A stretch of DNA of 63,151 nt, filler included, from Stramenopiles sp. TOSAG23-3 (taxonomy: Eukaryota): NCBI GenBank assembly GCA_900128585.1. It is 6 parts of 6 records of this genome, joined end to end, with 100 filler letters (N's around TTAATTAATTAA, not from the genome) between each part and the next. Parts side by side here need not be neighbours in the genome. Positions count along the whole stretch, not along the records: positions 31,657 to 42,096 come from LT642817.1; 5 more parts are not named here. One strand, 5' to 3'. The translations under genes were made by a program, and so were the position numbers. Shown piece after piece: positions 31,947-42,196 of this stretch (its first letter is position 1; the number at the start of each line of letters is the position of its first letter). The notes under the pieces were generated by a model. That model was not told the DNA's origin, did not search any database, and saw nothing but the letters and a program-made list of their open reading frames with translations.

Positions 31947-32984
31947 ATGAAGCTTTCAATGTTTGCTTTGTTGCTGCTTGCCTTGTCCTTGACCTTGGCG
32001 GCGGCGGTACAACCCATTACCGACGGGACTTTCTCGGAAGACGAAGAGTTCGAGCGTTACACCAACGTGTACAACAAGAACTACGAGTCGGAATCTGTCC
32101 GCGCGAAACGAAAGTCCACCTTTTTCAAGAACAAAGAATTGGTCGTCTCCCACAATGCTGAAGCGGCCAAGGGCGTGCACTCGTTTACCCTGGAGTTGAA
32201 CGAATTTGCGGACTTGACCAACCAAGAGTACAGGGAAATGTTCCTCGGAACCAAAGCCTCCACGGGCCGAGTCTCCGCGCACATGGACTCTTACTCTCCG
32301 AAAGGAAGCGACGCGCCAGCAGCGTGGGACTGGAGAACAAACGCGAGCAACGTTGTCGGCCCCGTCAAGAACCAAGGGTCCTGCGGGTCGTGCTGGGCGT
32401 TCTCTGCCGTCGCCGCGATGGAAGGCCAGCTGAACCACAACACAGGAAAAATCCATTCTCTTTCGGAACAAGAGTTGGTCGACTGCGTCCGTGGGGGAAA
32501 AGACACGTGCAGCGAAGGGGGAGAAATGTACGATGGCGAAGAGTACGGGACCACCAACGGGATGGAAGCGGAAGCGGACTACCCGTACCAAGGAAGCTCC
32601 GGGAACAAGTGTGGGTATGATGCGAAAAAGGTGGTACACAAATTCTCAGGTTACACGAACATCACATCGGGAGACGAGAAAGCATTGAAACAGGCCGCGT
32701 ACGAACAGCCCATCATCTCCGTCGGGATCGACGCCAGCTCAATCTGGTTCCAACTGTATTTTGGGGGCGTATACAACGTTAAGTCGTGCTCCTCTACAAA
32801 CCTGGACCATGGTGTCGCCGTCGTTGGGTACGGCACCACTCCTGTCAAAGGGGTCAGCACAGACTTTTGGATGGTCCGTAACAGCTGGGGAAAGATGTGG
32901 GGCATGTCCGGCTACATCATGATGAGCCGCAACAAAAACAACCAGTGCGGCATTGCCACCCAGGCGTCGTTTGCCAAGTTGTAG
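31947..32984 (+). CDS. Cathepsin L-like papain-family cysteine protease (pre-pro-enzyme)
   Basis: Signal peptide and I29 propeptide (LNEFADLT). Catalytic motifs QGSCGSCWAFS, LDHGV and RNSWG. Confidence 0.96.
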   Translation: MKLSMFALLLLALSLTLAAAVQPITDGTFSEDEEFERYTNVYNKNYESESVRAKRKSTFFKNKELVVSHNAEAAKGVHSFTLELNEFADLTNQEYREMFLGTKASTGRVSAHMDSYSPKGSDAPAAWDWRTNASNVVGPVKNQGSCGSCWAFSAVAAMEGQLNHNTGKIHSLSEQELVDCVRGGKDTCSEGGEMYDGEEYGTTNGMEAEADYPYQGSSGNKCGYDAKKVVHKFSGYTNITSGDEKALKQAAYEQPIISVGIDASSIWFQLYFGGVYNVKSCSSTNLDHGVAVVGYGTTPVKGVSTDFWMVRNSWGKMWGMSGYIMMSRNKNNQCGIATQASFAKL

Positions 32985-33140
32985 ACAATGTTTGCTGCTG
33001 TGTTTTGAACGTATTAAGAATTACAAAGTACGAAAATTAATTGTTATACTTCGTACACTTCGTAAATAATTCTCAACTTGATGAGGTGAATGTTTATAAT
33101 AATGCATTTTGGTTTTTTTATTATTTTTATTAAAATTAAA

Positions 33141-33167
33141 AACAAAAATTATTGGCTGTTATTTAAG
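33141..33167 (+). repeat. Partial copy of the dispersed 3'-intergenic element
   Basis: AACAAAAATTATTGGCTGTTATTTAAG. Confidence 0.72.
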
Positions 33168-34755
33168 CACTCGTAATCAATAAAATTTTATTTAGTGACA
33201 CAGTTAAAATTCTTAAATCAATGATGTGCGTCAATACCCGACATAAGCAAGGTTGCATATCCCCCCCCCCCCCCCCCCCCCCCCCCCCATTCACCCAAAG
33301 CGCCAGTTCTACAATGTTATCATCCGGATCATGAAAGAACAGAGACTGCTGGACCCCGTAATCGCAGAATTCAACGTCTGTCGGCTGGCCAGGATGCACT
33401 TGGTGCATTTTCAACCTCTCCCGCAAAAGCCCGCCCAGGTAGGCTTCAACAAATGAGTCTTCGTTCACCCTCAGGGCGAAATGGGCACCTTTGTGGTCCT
33501 GTACCATGGAACTGTTTTTTGGCAAAGGAAGAAGGGCCACGCCTCCGTGGGGGTACGCAGCAGACGGTGGGACGGAAAGAAACGCTGGGGCGCTTGGTTC
33601 AGTCGGGTAAAAGTGCTCCTCCGAAGTATGCATTTTAACGAGTCCCAAAACATTTTCATACCACTGAATGGATCTCTCCACATCAGAGACAACAACGCAC
33701 ACGTGATCCAAGCCCTGCACCTGAAATTTCGGGAGGGGCGCTTCTGATTCTGAGCCTTTGTCAGCTCCACTGTAATGCCCAGTTTTGTAGCGACAGTCCT
33801 GAAACTCGTCCAAAACGCGCCGAAGCTTTTCTTCGGCTCCTATGTCGGACGTGTCGACTACTAAATCGTAAAAATGAGCCTGGCGATAGTGGCACCGTGC
33901 AGAGTACAGAGACATCAAGCGGTGGGTGTCGTCATCATCGCGTCTCGCATTTGCCCGAAATGAGTGCAAAAAGTCGTCCCCGCCCTTCCCTTTCATTTCC
34001 TTTTCCAAGTACGACAGCACGGACACAAGGTCCGGGAAAACAGGCTGTCCCCTCGCCGCAGAGAGCAACGGCTTCACGACTTTGTCCAGTGTCGACTCGT
34101 CGATCTCACGACTGATAAAACGGTACGCCTGCTCCAACGCAGAGCACTCCAAGTAGACCCTTGAAAGGGAAGAAAACCGTTTTTTGCCCTTTAACTCTGG
34201 GTTGTGAACGTCAAAAAGGGCCTGGCAAAAGCTTGCCATAACCGCTGGCTGGCGCCCTTCTATCACCAGCAGGGGGCTATCCGTGGACTGGCCCATTCCC
34301 CCGACGTGCTCCGCAATAATGTCACAAGTTTTGTAGTCTAGTTGGACATCAAAGCTGCCGTCCCCGTCCTGGGCAAGTGCCGATGAAATGTCTCCAATAT
34401 CGACGTTGTGATCTTTTGCCAATGCCCGCATGGCCTCTCCAGTCGACCACCTCCTCGTGCCCAAGTCGATTGAGGGGTGGCTGCAGAAATCGTTTGCAAG
34501 GGTTGACTTTCCAGTCAACTGGTCCCCTGCGACAGCCAGTATGTAGTTTTCGTCTCCTGTGCCAGGTCCACATTGCATCTTCTCCACTAAATTTTCGACG
34601 GCTTCGTTGCCCAAATGGTCGCAAAAACTTTTCAATATAGGTTCAAAAAATAACAAAGACTTTGGATTTCTCCTAGTCGAAAACAATGAAGCAGACGCGC
34701 ACCTGCCCAACATTCTATCAAAACGAACCCTTCTGACACCTGCTGGAAGCAGCAT
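33163..34755 (-). CDS. Cytidylate-kinase-like P-loop domain fused to a glyoxalase/VOC domain; C-terminus uncertain beyond the 28-nt G run
   Basis: Kinase part: GDQLTGKST, STGEAMR, IEGR, RDDDD..R, YDLVVDTS. VOC part: GLDHVCVVVSDVERSIQWYENVLG, HFAL, FFHDPDDNIVEL. The Arg/Ser-rich N-terminus resembles a mitochondrial presequence. Confidence 0.82.
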   Translation of the reverse strand: MLLPAGVRRVRFDRMLGRCASASLFSTRRNPKSLLFFEPILKSFCDHLGNEAVENLVEKMQCGPGTGDENYILAVAGDQLTGKSTLANDFCSHPSIDLGTRRWSTGEAMRALAKDHNVDIGDISSALAQDGDGSFDVQLDYKTCDIIAEHVGGMGQSTDSPLLVIEGRQPAVMASFCQALFDVHNPELKGKKRFSSLSRVYLECSALEQAYRFISREIDESTLDKVVKPLLSAARGQPVFPDLVSVLSYLEKEMKGKGGDDFLHSFRANARRDDDDTHRLMSLYSARCHYRQAHFYDLVVDTSDIGAEEKLRRVLDEFQDCRYKTGHYSGADKGSESEAPLPKFQVQGLDHVCVVVSDVERSIQWYENVLGLVKMHTSEEHFYPTEPSAPAFLSVPPSAAYPHGGVALLPLPKNSSMVQDHKGAHFALRVNEDSFVEAYLGGLLRERLKMHQVHPGQPTDVEFCDYGVQQSLFFHDPDDNIVELALWVNGGGGGGGGGDMQPCLCRVLTHIIDLRILTVSLNKILLITSA

Positions 34756-35377
34756 GACAACTCTTGTCCTTCCCAGGAAAAAAAAGAAAACAATCCAGTA
34801 CAGTTCAATTCACTTCAGTTCAGTCCATTCCTTTTGGATTGAATATTGTATCAATCAGTTCATCTTCCTTCAGATGCCTGTTTTTTTCAAAATTAGTAAA
34901 AGCACTGCGTTTCACTTTGGATCAAAGAAGCATGTATAATTTTCTTGATTCTTTCTTCTTCTTCCTTTTTTTTATTATTTTTTTGTATAAAAAAAAAAAT
35001 AAGAAGAAGAAGAAGAAGAAGAGGAGGAGATATTAAAATAATAGCAGAAGGAAGATTGCTCTGGTGGTGTTGCTATGTACGTTGCGCATCATCATCTTCC
35101 ATTTTATTTTAATAATAATTAATAATTGAGGAGCTCATTATTATTATATGACGACTGAAATCCCAGTTTGTAAGAATCTTTACAAATTAAAATCCTTTAT
35201 ATTATTGAATTATTTACAGCGTAAAGAATTCTACCCGTATCCTCTCTCGTAACCTTGATATATACATATTTTTTTAACGCCCCATCATACTGCTTCTTCT
35301 CTTGTACGTAGGCTACTCGCAGGCTTATCCACTCAATGCGGGGTGTGCGACTACCAGCAAAAAAATATTTGTCATCG

Positions 35378-38300
35378 CTACGTGCCCTCTTCTCCAACAG
35401 GCTGCTTCTCCAACATGCGGTAACTTATTGCCATGCCTGCCACACCACTGAGCGTGCGCTGAACGTACATGTCGCTGTTGATCCCACTCAATGCGGCGTG
35501 TGCGACTGCCTGCAAAAATTTATTTGTCAGGTGCCCCTCGGCGCCAGCTATGATCTTTCGGGGGTGTACTTCCAGGGATGTATTGTAGAAATGGTTCACC
35601 GTGGTTATGGCTTTCAACAAGATCATCATCTTCCATCTCCATCGCTCTACTCCTTTTTTTTCTTTCAATGTCAAAGGGTTCATTTCATCTCCGTTGTACA
35701 GACCGTCGAAAAAGTTCGTTTCCTGATTGACTGCCAGAATAATATCATGCAGGTACCGAAACGGCGGCCGCTTAAGGAGCTTCTCTTCCAAGGGCAGATT
35801 CTGGATGATCTTTCCTAAGAGCTCTTTGGTATCCTCCCATTTCCCTGTGAGCTCTGGCATCGCGTTTGCTGGGGGCACCTGGGGGTGTACAACAGCCATT
35901 TTAGTGTTGGGATTTTCATCTGCTGCGTTCGCAGATCTAGATAAATTTAGAATAAGCCGCAAACGGGGCAAAACCTTTTGAAATCTATTTTTCTCTTTCT
36001 TCCGAATGTTTAAAAGTCTTTTTCGCGCCAAATAAAATGCAGCAAACCCAGCAATTATACTAGCAAAAATGACGAAAATTTGCATAAATATCATAAAAAT
36101 GCCGACTAGCTGAATTTCGTCATTGGAAGGGCTGGACATAATAATAAGTATGGACAAAAAGTTGATTACAGTGGCACTGAAGGATGTCTGAGCCAGCCAA
36201 AATACAACTTTATTTCGTTGTGGTTCAAACAAATTTAAAGTAATCAGTGCAGTTATACACACTAGTATGGAGACAATTGCTTGCATCAATGGTTGGTCTT
36301 GTAAATATATCACTGCACCTGTAAGAATGGTCTTACGAACGATTTCGTGCACTTCCCAAAATTCGCTGCCCCGTCTAAATCGTTCGTACAAGAAGCCAAT
36401 TTTTTGCTTTGTCCGGACAGTGTGTAACTCTTTCCGGTAAATCCAAATATACACTGACAAAAAGAACGGAAGTCCAATGCTGAATGCAAACAAAACCAAT
36501 AGCACAATTGGATACGTCGACACGTAATTTTTGGAAATATTGCACTCTAGAGACATATCCTTCTTTAAAAAATTACGGCCAGCCACGTTCTTGCAGTTAA
36601 AGTACTGAAAAACCATGCGAGTAACAGGAGTGTGGATTAATATAAATAGTTGTATGGTGAAAGACAACGATCTACTCGTCGATTTGTGCCGAATGTGCCA
36701 TTTTACGACCGTTAGCTCGTTTATATGGACCAAATCAGATTGTAATACCTTCACAAATTCGTTTTCATACAAACCTGTCGCTTCACAATTTAATTTTTTG
36801 AAAATGGCTTTTGCTTCCTCAATACTGTACTTTGTACTTCCCAACGCCCTCACTACGCGCCGGAACTGCTTTTGGTTTATGCACCCTTTTTGTTCTTCAT
36901 CGATTAAATAAAATATTCGGCGCAGAATGTCTTCGAAGTGCATATGCTTTTCTATGTTTGACATTCCTTTCAATTTACGTTGCCCCTTCCTTGTGCCAAG
37001 ACAATACCACAACAAGCCGATAACAATTGCCATAATAGGCCAAGATGCAGTCGCCACAAATCGGCTCGAAAAGTCTACACCCTTAATACATGTTGCTCCT
37101 GTCATGGACAACAGATCAACATTGACGAATTGAAAATGCTGCAAAAACTTGGTGAAGTTCTCTGGCCATGTTATTTCGAAAATAGAAGGGAGACTACTAT
37201 TAATCTGAAGAAAGTCCACATTAATTTTCATAATACGAAGGATATCACGCCACAATGATTTGTATTTCAATATTTTCTTTTTCAAGTAATAAAGCGCGTA
37301 GAGAGATAAAGATGCCACAAAAAGGGCAACGACAAACAGGTAGATAGGAGACGCATCATTGCAACTGACACAATCGTCCATTTGTGGACCATAACCTGGG
37401 GCGCAAAGTTCGCATAAAACCCCAGTCCTTTTCCCACGACAGCCTTCCGCGAGACAATTGGCTGGAGTAGTACATTTTACAAAAGCATTTTCAAACGAGG
37501 GTTCCCAGGGCGCACGCCAGTAACCGTCGATGGGTTTCATCCACAGTGCAGCTTTGTTTCTATGCCCAGTTTTGTTTGGCATGACACAAGATGCTCCCTC
37601 AGGGCATACAATACATTTTGATAAGATCATCGCTGTCGAATCAAAAATAGGGTAAAAATCATTTTTGCATATACACGCGGCAAAACTGTGTGATCCAGAA
37701 ACACCTCGCGTATCTGAATTTGCTATGTGAGAATCACAATTTTGGCACTCTGACAAAAATGCCGACCCTAATTGTGTGCCTACGGTATCAGGCACGCACG
37801 GATCACAGACCAGCTGCCCAGGTTTTTCTTGGTAACTCCCTTGTTCGCACAACGTACATTCTTCCTGACCGTCGAGGGCGTTGTATTGCCCTTGAAGACA
37901 TTCGAGACAGTCTACAAACGCGGTTGCCCCAATATTTGGTCCGTATCTTCCTGGAATACAGCTTTGACAGACACCATCTTTTGTTAAACTAAATCTACCT
38001 TTGTTGCATCCTCTGCTGTTTACTGATACACGCATTGATATAAATGCCATGTCCTTATACTTTTCATCAACAGAAGTACCACTGTGATAAATTTCACAAC
38101 TTCCGCTTGGTGCAAATTTTGGAAATTCCTCTCCATCATCTTTCGCCTTGATCACAATTTCTTGCTTTTGGTCAAAATTCGACACTGTAAACAGTAAATT
38201 GCCCCCTGCTTCTACAGAACACCGGCTACTTGAAGAGACTGCAATCGTGACCGTTTCGGATTGTGGAGCATCGGAGAGAGAAACCTCATAACTGTAGGTT

Positions 38301-41300
38301 TCCTCCTCAAGCAAGCTTAGATCTTGCGTGAGGACTCCAGTCAAGTGGGGCTTAGACGTGTCAATATCCCCTGCAATAAATATTCGAAGTGCCGAACTGC
38401 GTTGACTGTGCAGTTCTGGTACCCCCAACAGCTTGCGAAGAACCGATACATACGCGAACCCGCCATATCCGCCACCACTATAAATGCATGTAAAATTGTT
38501 ATTGGAAAACAAGAGTTCGTCTTCAATTGTGCAAAGATCTACCACCCCGCCGGATTTTTCAAATTCTACTCTGACTGCTGCAGCATCAGTTCCGAAGTTA
38601 TTTCCATAAACAACAACAGGTCCCGTTTCTACTGGAATTATGCTGGGGGTTACGGATATTATGTTTGGAAAAGCATAATTAAACTCAACGTATTCTACTT
38701 TTGTGTGTGGGAAACGAAGGACATTGGGCTGCCCTTCAGTAAACAGTCGCAGTTGCATGTTTTGCCCGTGGCCGTGTGGAAACACCAAGCTTGCGTTCTG
38801 ATCCAATTGCGAAAAACCTTTCCCCCTGCTTCCGTATCTTGACGATAGTGAGGGTGTTATGTAACCAATAATTAAACGGGTGGGAAAGTCAATGCAATCA
38901 TCTACATTTTTCAAGTCTGTTACCACAATGTTATCAGTAGCAGCATTGGCACGCGAGATGCTTAACGATAGTGCTATAGAGTTGGCAGAGAGATCGATTG
39001 CGCATTTCGGTGCATAAAATATTGGAAGTTCTTCCTTTAAAACCTGGCAAGAATCGCACGAAAATGTGTACGGTCTGTTCAAATTTACAGACACCGTCGT
39101 TGCAAAAACTCTCGAGTTAGACTTCATGTCTATTGCTGCCGACTGTGCCAGGATGCTATCGTCTGGGTTACTTTTCTCCACAGAAACTTGGTCCAGTGTA
39201 AGTTCTGAGTTCTCTGCACCATACACAACTCCGCCTTCCAATGCAGTGTTTAAAGTCATATTACACCCGCGAAAAGCAGCTTTATTTTCTACTCCCCCCA
39301 TGTGCAATACCCCACCTTTCGAAGTACCTGTATTTCTGTTAAAATGGCACTGCAGTAAGCTTACAGAGGATCTTCCATCCATATTAATCGCACCGCCCCA
39401 CTCACTTGCACTATTATTTTCAAAGAGAGTATTGAACGCTTCAAAATTAGTTGAGTCGTCTAAATAGACTGCCGCACCCGATCGTGCAGAACAATCAGAA
39501 ATACTAGTATTGTTTATGCTAAATCTACTGTACTGTGATCCATACATTAAACCTCCAAAATAACCATTTGACGAAACAAAAAATCCATTGTGTGCAGTGA
39601 ACAATGCTTCATTGGTGGCATATATTGAGCCTCCAAACGCACCGTCGGCATGGTCAGAAAGCATATCGAATGCAACTGTACGTGCAAGATCCTTCAGGGC
39701 TATATCACCCCCACCTCCTTCAGCAAAATTGTACGAGAATGTTACTGCAGTCAAGGTGAGTGTACCACTTTCTTGTGAAAACAAAACCCCGCCATTGCCT
39801 AAATTTTTGGCCACATTGTTCCTAAAGACAGAATTCTTTATACTAATACGATTATCGCTTGTAAAAATAACCCCACCGTTTCCATTTGCAGAGTTAAAAG
39901 AGCCCTGTATATTTTCAAAGTTTCCTGTGGTTTCACTACCTACCATTGAAAATACGCCACCAGCTGCTGCTGTGTTGCTCGCAAACTGAGAATTCTTTAT
40001 CTCAGCATGCAACCGACCATTGCCTTCAGAGATTATATAGATTGGGCTCTGTGAAGTTATTTCACCATTATTTGAAACGATGGAGTCTTCCATGGTGAGA
40101 CTACTTGACCTCACCTTTGCGATTATTTTGATTGTGCTGCTTCCGTGTTTACCATTTTTGTCAAAGGTGTTATTTATCAGAGATATGTCGACATCTTCAG
40201 CATACAAGGCCTGCGGGTTATCCTTCCACAAACACGTGTTGCATTCCACAGTCCCATAACTAGGGTAAACATGAAGGCCCGGAAGAGTAGCTCCGTTGTT
40301 AATAAGGATGTCTTTCATTAGAAGATACGACGAATTTAGTTTCATGAAGGCCATCGATTCTCCAAATAATGAAGATATTTTTGCATTCACGGAGACAAGC
40401 TTGTGCTGGTTGTGGTAAATCGTTGCATTATTAAATGTTACTGAACTGTTTACCAGTTTCAAAAATGTCCCCGGCTGCTTTAAATGAATCTCTGTTGCGT
40501 CAAAGACTAGATTATGGTACAGCCATACAGTTATAGTTTTCGCATTGCAAACACAGTTCTTAAATCGAAGAATAATATCATTTGCGGGATTGCTCTGCAG
40601 GGTTGAAAGAGAAAGTTCAAAAGAGTGCACTTCAAAACCGCTAATGTTTGCATGTATCCCCTTCCGGACCAGAGAAGAATTGGACCCGGTTGCATTTTCA
40701 AAATAAACAGGTGCATGAAGCGTTGACCACTGAAGTTGTACTCTATCAAAATGAAGCGACTCATCGAGTGTGTACAAAGTGCAGTTTTGCTCAAAATACG
40801 GATATTGGTCCTTAGAGTAATCACATGCTGATTTAAACGTCCCCCTCTCGTAATTTGAGTACAATGCAATCTCTTGTATAAGCACATCGACAAAACGGGC
40901 ATGACTGTGCAAGATATCAATCGTTAATGTGTACGAAAACGATTTTATAACAACGTGTTTAAAAGTGATATGAGATGCATTTTTTGCAAGGATAGCGGAG
41001 GAGGTGGAAGATGCGGCAATTGTCATATTTTGTAATTTCACGATAGCATGGTACAAATATAGACTTTTCCCTACTGAAAAGAGGGTTACATTTGCTCCTT
41101 GTCCACTCACATTCAGTATTTTGTCAGAAACCGTTAGCGTAGTTGCAAGATGATGTTGTTCGCTGCCGTATAATTGTATGGGCAAGCATACAGTCATTGT
41201 GTGGCATGCAACTTGAACAGCGCGCTCTATTGTAGCAAACGGCTCGTTCAGATTCGCAACTTTGCTTGTATCGTTCGCATTTGGTTGAGAAGAAACAACG

Positions 41301-42094
41301 ACATTTCGAAGCAAACAGTCATAATTGTCGTAAAAACACCTCAAATTGTCGCATTCATGGTTGCACACTCCGTTGCCCAGCAACGTTTCAGAGCAAGACC
41401 CCATTTCAGGCGTTAATGCCAACGCATTGCATCTCGCAGGTGTGTACCGAAAGAGTGTACTCGGAGCATAGTGCATCGATTCGTTTCTTACGTCAATATC
41501 TCTAAACGTTAACGTTACCTCCAACAATGACGGCTCAACAAAGCTGTCCATATCAAACGTGGAATCAAACATGCACCACCAGTGGGAGTAGTTTCCATTT
41601 GTATTATTTATAGTTGCATTCATGCTTACTCCCTCACTAAGCCAGCACTTTGGCGTGTACGGCAGCGACACATTTGGGTGGATATTCTTTACTGCAAATG
41701 ACACAAATATTTGGCCTTTCGTGGTCGTCCCTTTCCAAATAGAGGTAAAGTTGCATATAGCGATGGCATTTCCTGTTCCCAAAAATTTAACGCCAAGAAC
41801 GTCTTCGCAGTTTTTTCTCACAACCAACATGCTACCTGGTTGCAATACCATAGAAGTGGCATTAGCGACAATCCCATCTAAATGGTACAATTTTCCTGCT
41901 CTCAACGATACCTCTTGTAAGGGTAATATTGATAAGACTCCGTTTAACTGTAGTTCATCACCATACGGTAAATATAACGAACTAATGCCATATATCGATG
42001 CTTTTTCTTGCAGCAACAGAATCTTGACTCCCTCGGTACCCTCTTTGCCACCCGATGCGCCATTGGCACCATTTAACTCTATGATAATATTTAG
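35378..42094 (-). CDS. Giant multi-pass membrane protein (LNR, beta-helix/Pmp-like repeats, IPT-like, Cys-rich ephrin-receptor-like repeats, multi-TM with EF-hands, C-terminal IFT54/TRAF3IP1 CH domain); 5'-truncated
   Basis: LNR LGNGVCNHECDNLRCFYDNYDC. Many N.A..GG(A/V)I repeats. C..G.Y..C..C repeats. TM motifs KINVDFLQI..WP and GFLYERF..FWEVHEIVRK. CH motif EKLLKRPPFRYLHDII. The frame stays open to the scaffold end. Confidence 0.85.
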   Translation of the reverse strand, partial: LNIIIELNGANGASGGKEGTEGVKILLLQEKASIYGISSLYLPYGDELQLNGVLSILPLQEVSLRAGKLYHLDGIVANATSMVLQPGSMLVVRKNCEDVLGVKFLGTGNAIAICNFTSIWKGTTTKGQIFVSFAVKNIHPNVSLPYTPKCWLSEGVSMNATINNTNGNYSHWWCMFDSTFDMDSFVEPSLLEVTLTFRDIDVRNESMHYAPSTLFRYTPARCNALALTPEMGSCSETLLGNGVCNHECDNLRCFYDNYDCLLRNVVVSSQPNANDTSKVANLNEPFATIERAVQVACHTMTVCLPIQLYGSEQHHLATTLTVSDKILNVSGQGANVTLFSVGKSLYLYHAIVKLQNMTIAASSTSSAILAKNASHITFKHVVIKSFSYTLTIDILHSHARFVDVLIQEIALYSNYERGTFKSACDYSKDQYPYFEQNCTLYTLDESLHFDRVQLQWSTLHAPVYFENATGSNSSLVRKGIHANISGFEVHSFELSLSTLQSNPANDIILRFKNCVCNAKTITVWLYHNLVFDATEIHLKQPGTFLKLVNSSVTFNNATIYHNQHKLVSVNAKISSLFGESMAFMKLNSSYLLMKDILINNGATLPGLHVYPSYGTVECNTCLWKDNPQALYAEDVDISLINNTFDKNGKHGSSTIKIIAKVRSSSLTMEDSIVSNNGEITSQSPIYIISEGNGRLHAEIKNSQFASNTAAAGGVFSMVGSETTGNFENIQGSFNSANGNGGVIFTSDNRISIKNSVFRNNVAKNLGNGGVLFSQESGTLTLTAVTFSYNFAEGGGGDIALKDLARTVAFDMLSDHADGAFGGSIYATNEALFTAHNGFFVSSNGYFGGLMYGSQYSRFSINNTSISDCSARSGAAVYLDDSTNFEAFNTLFENNSASEWGGAINMDGRSSVSLLQCHFNRNTGTSKGGVLHMGGVENKAAFRGCNMTLNTALEGGVVYGAENSELTLDQVSVEKSNPDDSILAQSAAIDMKSNSRVFATTVSVNLNRPYTFSCDSCQVLKEELPIFYAPKCAIDLSANSIALSLSISRANAATDNIVVTDLKNVDDCIDFPTRLIIGYITPSLSSRYGSRGKGFSQLDQNASLVFPHGHGQNMQLRLFTEGQPNVLRFPHTKVEYVEFNYAFPNIISVTPSIIPVETGPVVVYGNNFGTDAAAVRVEFEKSGGVVDLCTIEDELLFSNNNFTCIYSGGGYGGFAYVSVLRKLLGVPELHSQRSSALRIFIAGDIDTSKPHLTGVLTQDLSLLEEETYSYEVSLSDAPQSETVTIAVSSSSRCSVEAGGNLLFTVSNFDQKQEIVIKAKDDGEEFPKFAPSGSCEIYHSGTSVDEKYKDMAFISMRVSVNSRGCNKGRFSLTKDGVCQSCIPGRYGPNIGATAFVDCLECLQGQYNALDGQEECTLCEQGSYQEKPGQLVCDPCVPDTVGTQLGSAFLSECQNCDSHIANSDTRGVSGSHSFAACICKNDFYPIFDSTAMILSKCIVCPEGASCVMPNKTGHRNKAALWMKPIDGYWRAPWEPSFENAFVKCTTPANCLAEGCRGKRTGVLCELCAPGYGPQMDDCVSCNDASPIYLFVVALFVASLSLYALYYLKKKILKYKSLWRDILRIMKINVDFLQINSSLPSIFEITWPENFTKFLQHFQFVNVDLLSMTGATCIKGVDFSSRFVATASWPIMAIVIGLLWYCLGTRKGQRKLKGMSNIEKHMHFEDILRRIFYLIDEEQKGCINQKQFRRVVRALGSTKYSIEEAKAIFKKLNCEATGLYENEFVKVLQSDLVHINELTVVKWHIRHKSTSRSLSFTIQLFILIHTPVTRMVFQYFNCKNVAGRNFLKKDMSLECNISKNYVSTYPIVLLVLFAFSIGLPFFLSVYIWIYRKELHTVRTKQKIGFLYERFRRGSEFWEVHEIVRKTILTGAVIYLQDQPLMQAIVSILVCITALITLNLFEPQRNKVVFWLAQTSFSATVINFLSILIIMSSPSNDEIQLVGIFMIFMQIFVIFASIIAGFAAFYLARKRLLNIRKKEKNRFQKVLPRLRLILNLSRSANAADENPNTKMAVVHPQVPPANAMPELTGKWEDTKELLGKIIQNLPLEEKLLKRPPFRYLHDIILAVNQETNFFDGLYNGDEMNPLTLKEKKGVERWRWKMMILLKAITTVNHFYNTSLEVHPRKIIAGAEGHLTNKFLQAVAHAALSGINSDMYVQRTLSGVAGMAISYRMLEKQPVGEEGT

Positions 42095-42096
42095 GC

Positions 42097-42196
42097 NNNN
42101 NNNNNNNNNNNNNNNNNNNNNNNNNNNNNNNNNNNNNNNNTTAATTAATTAANNNNNNNNNNNNNNNNNNNNNNNNNNNNNNNNNNNNNNNNNNNN
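42097..42196. other. Artificial scaffold linker
   Basis: 44 N + TTAATTAATTAA + 44 N. Confidence 0.98.
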
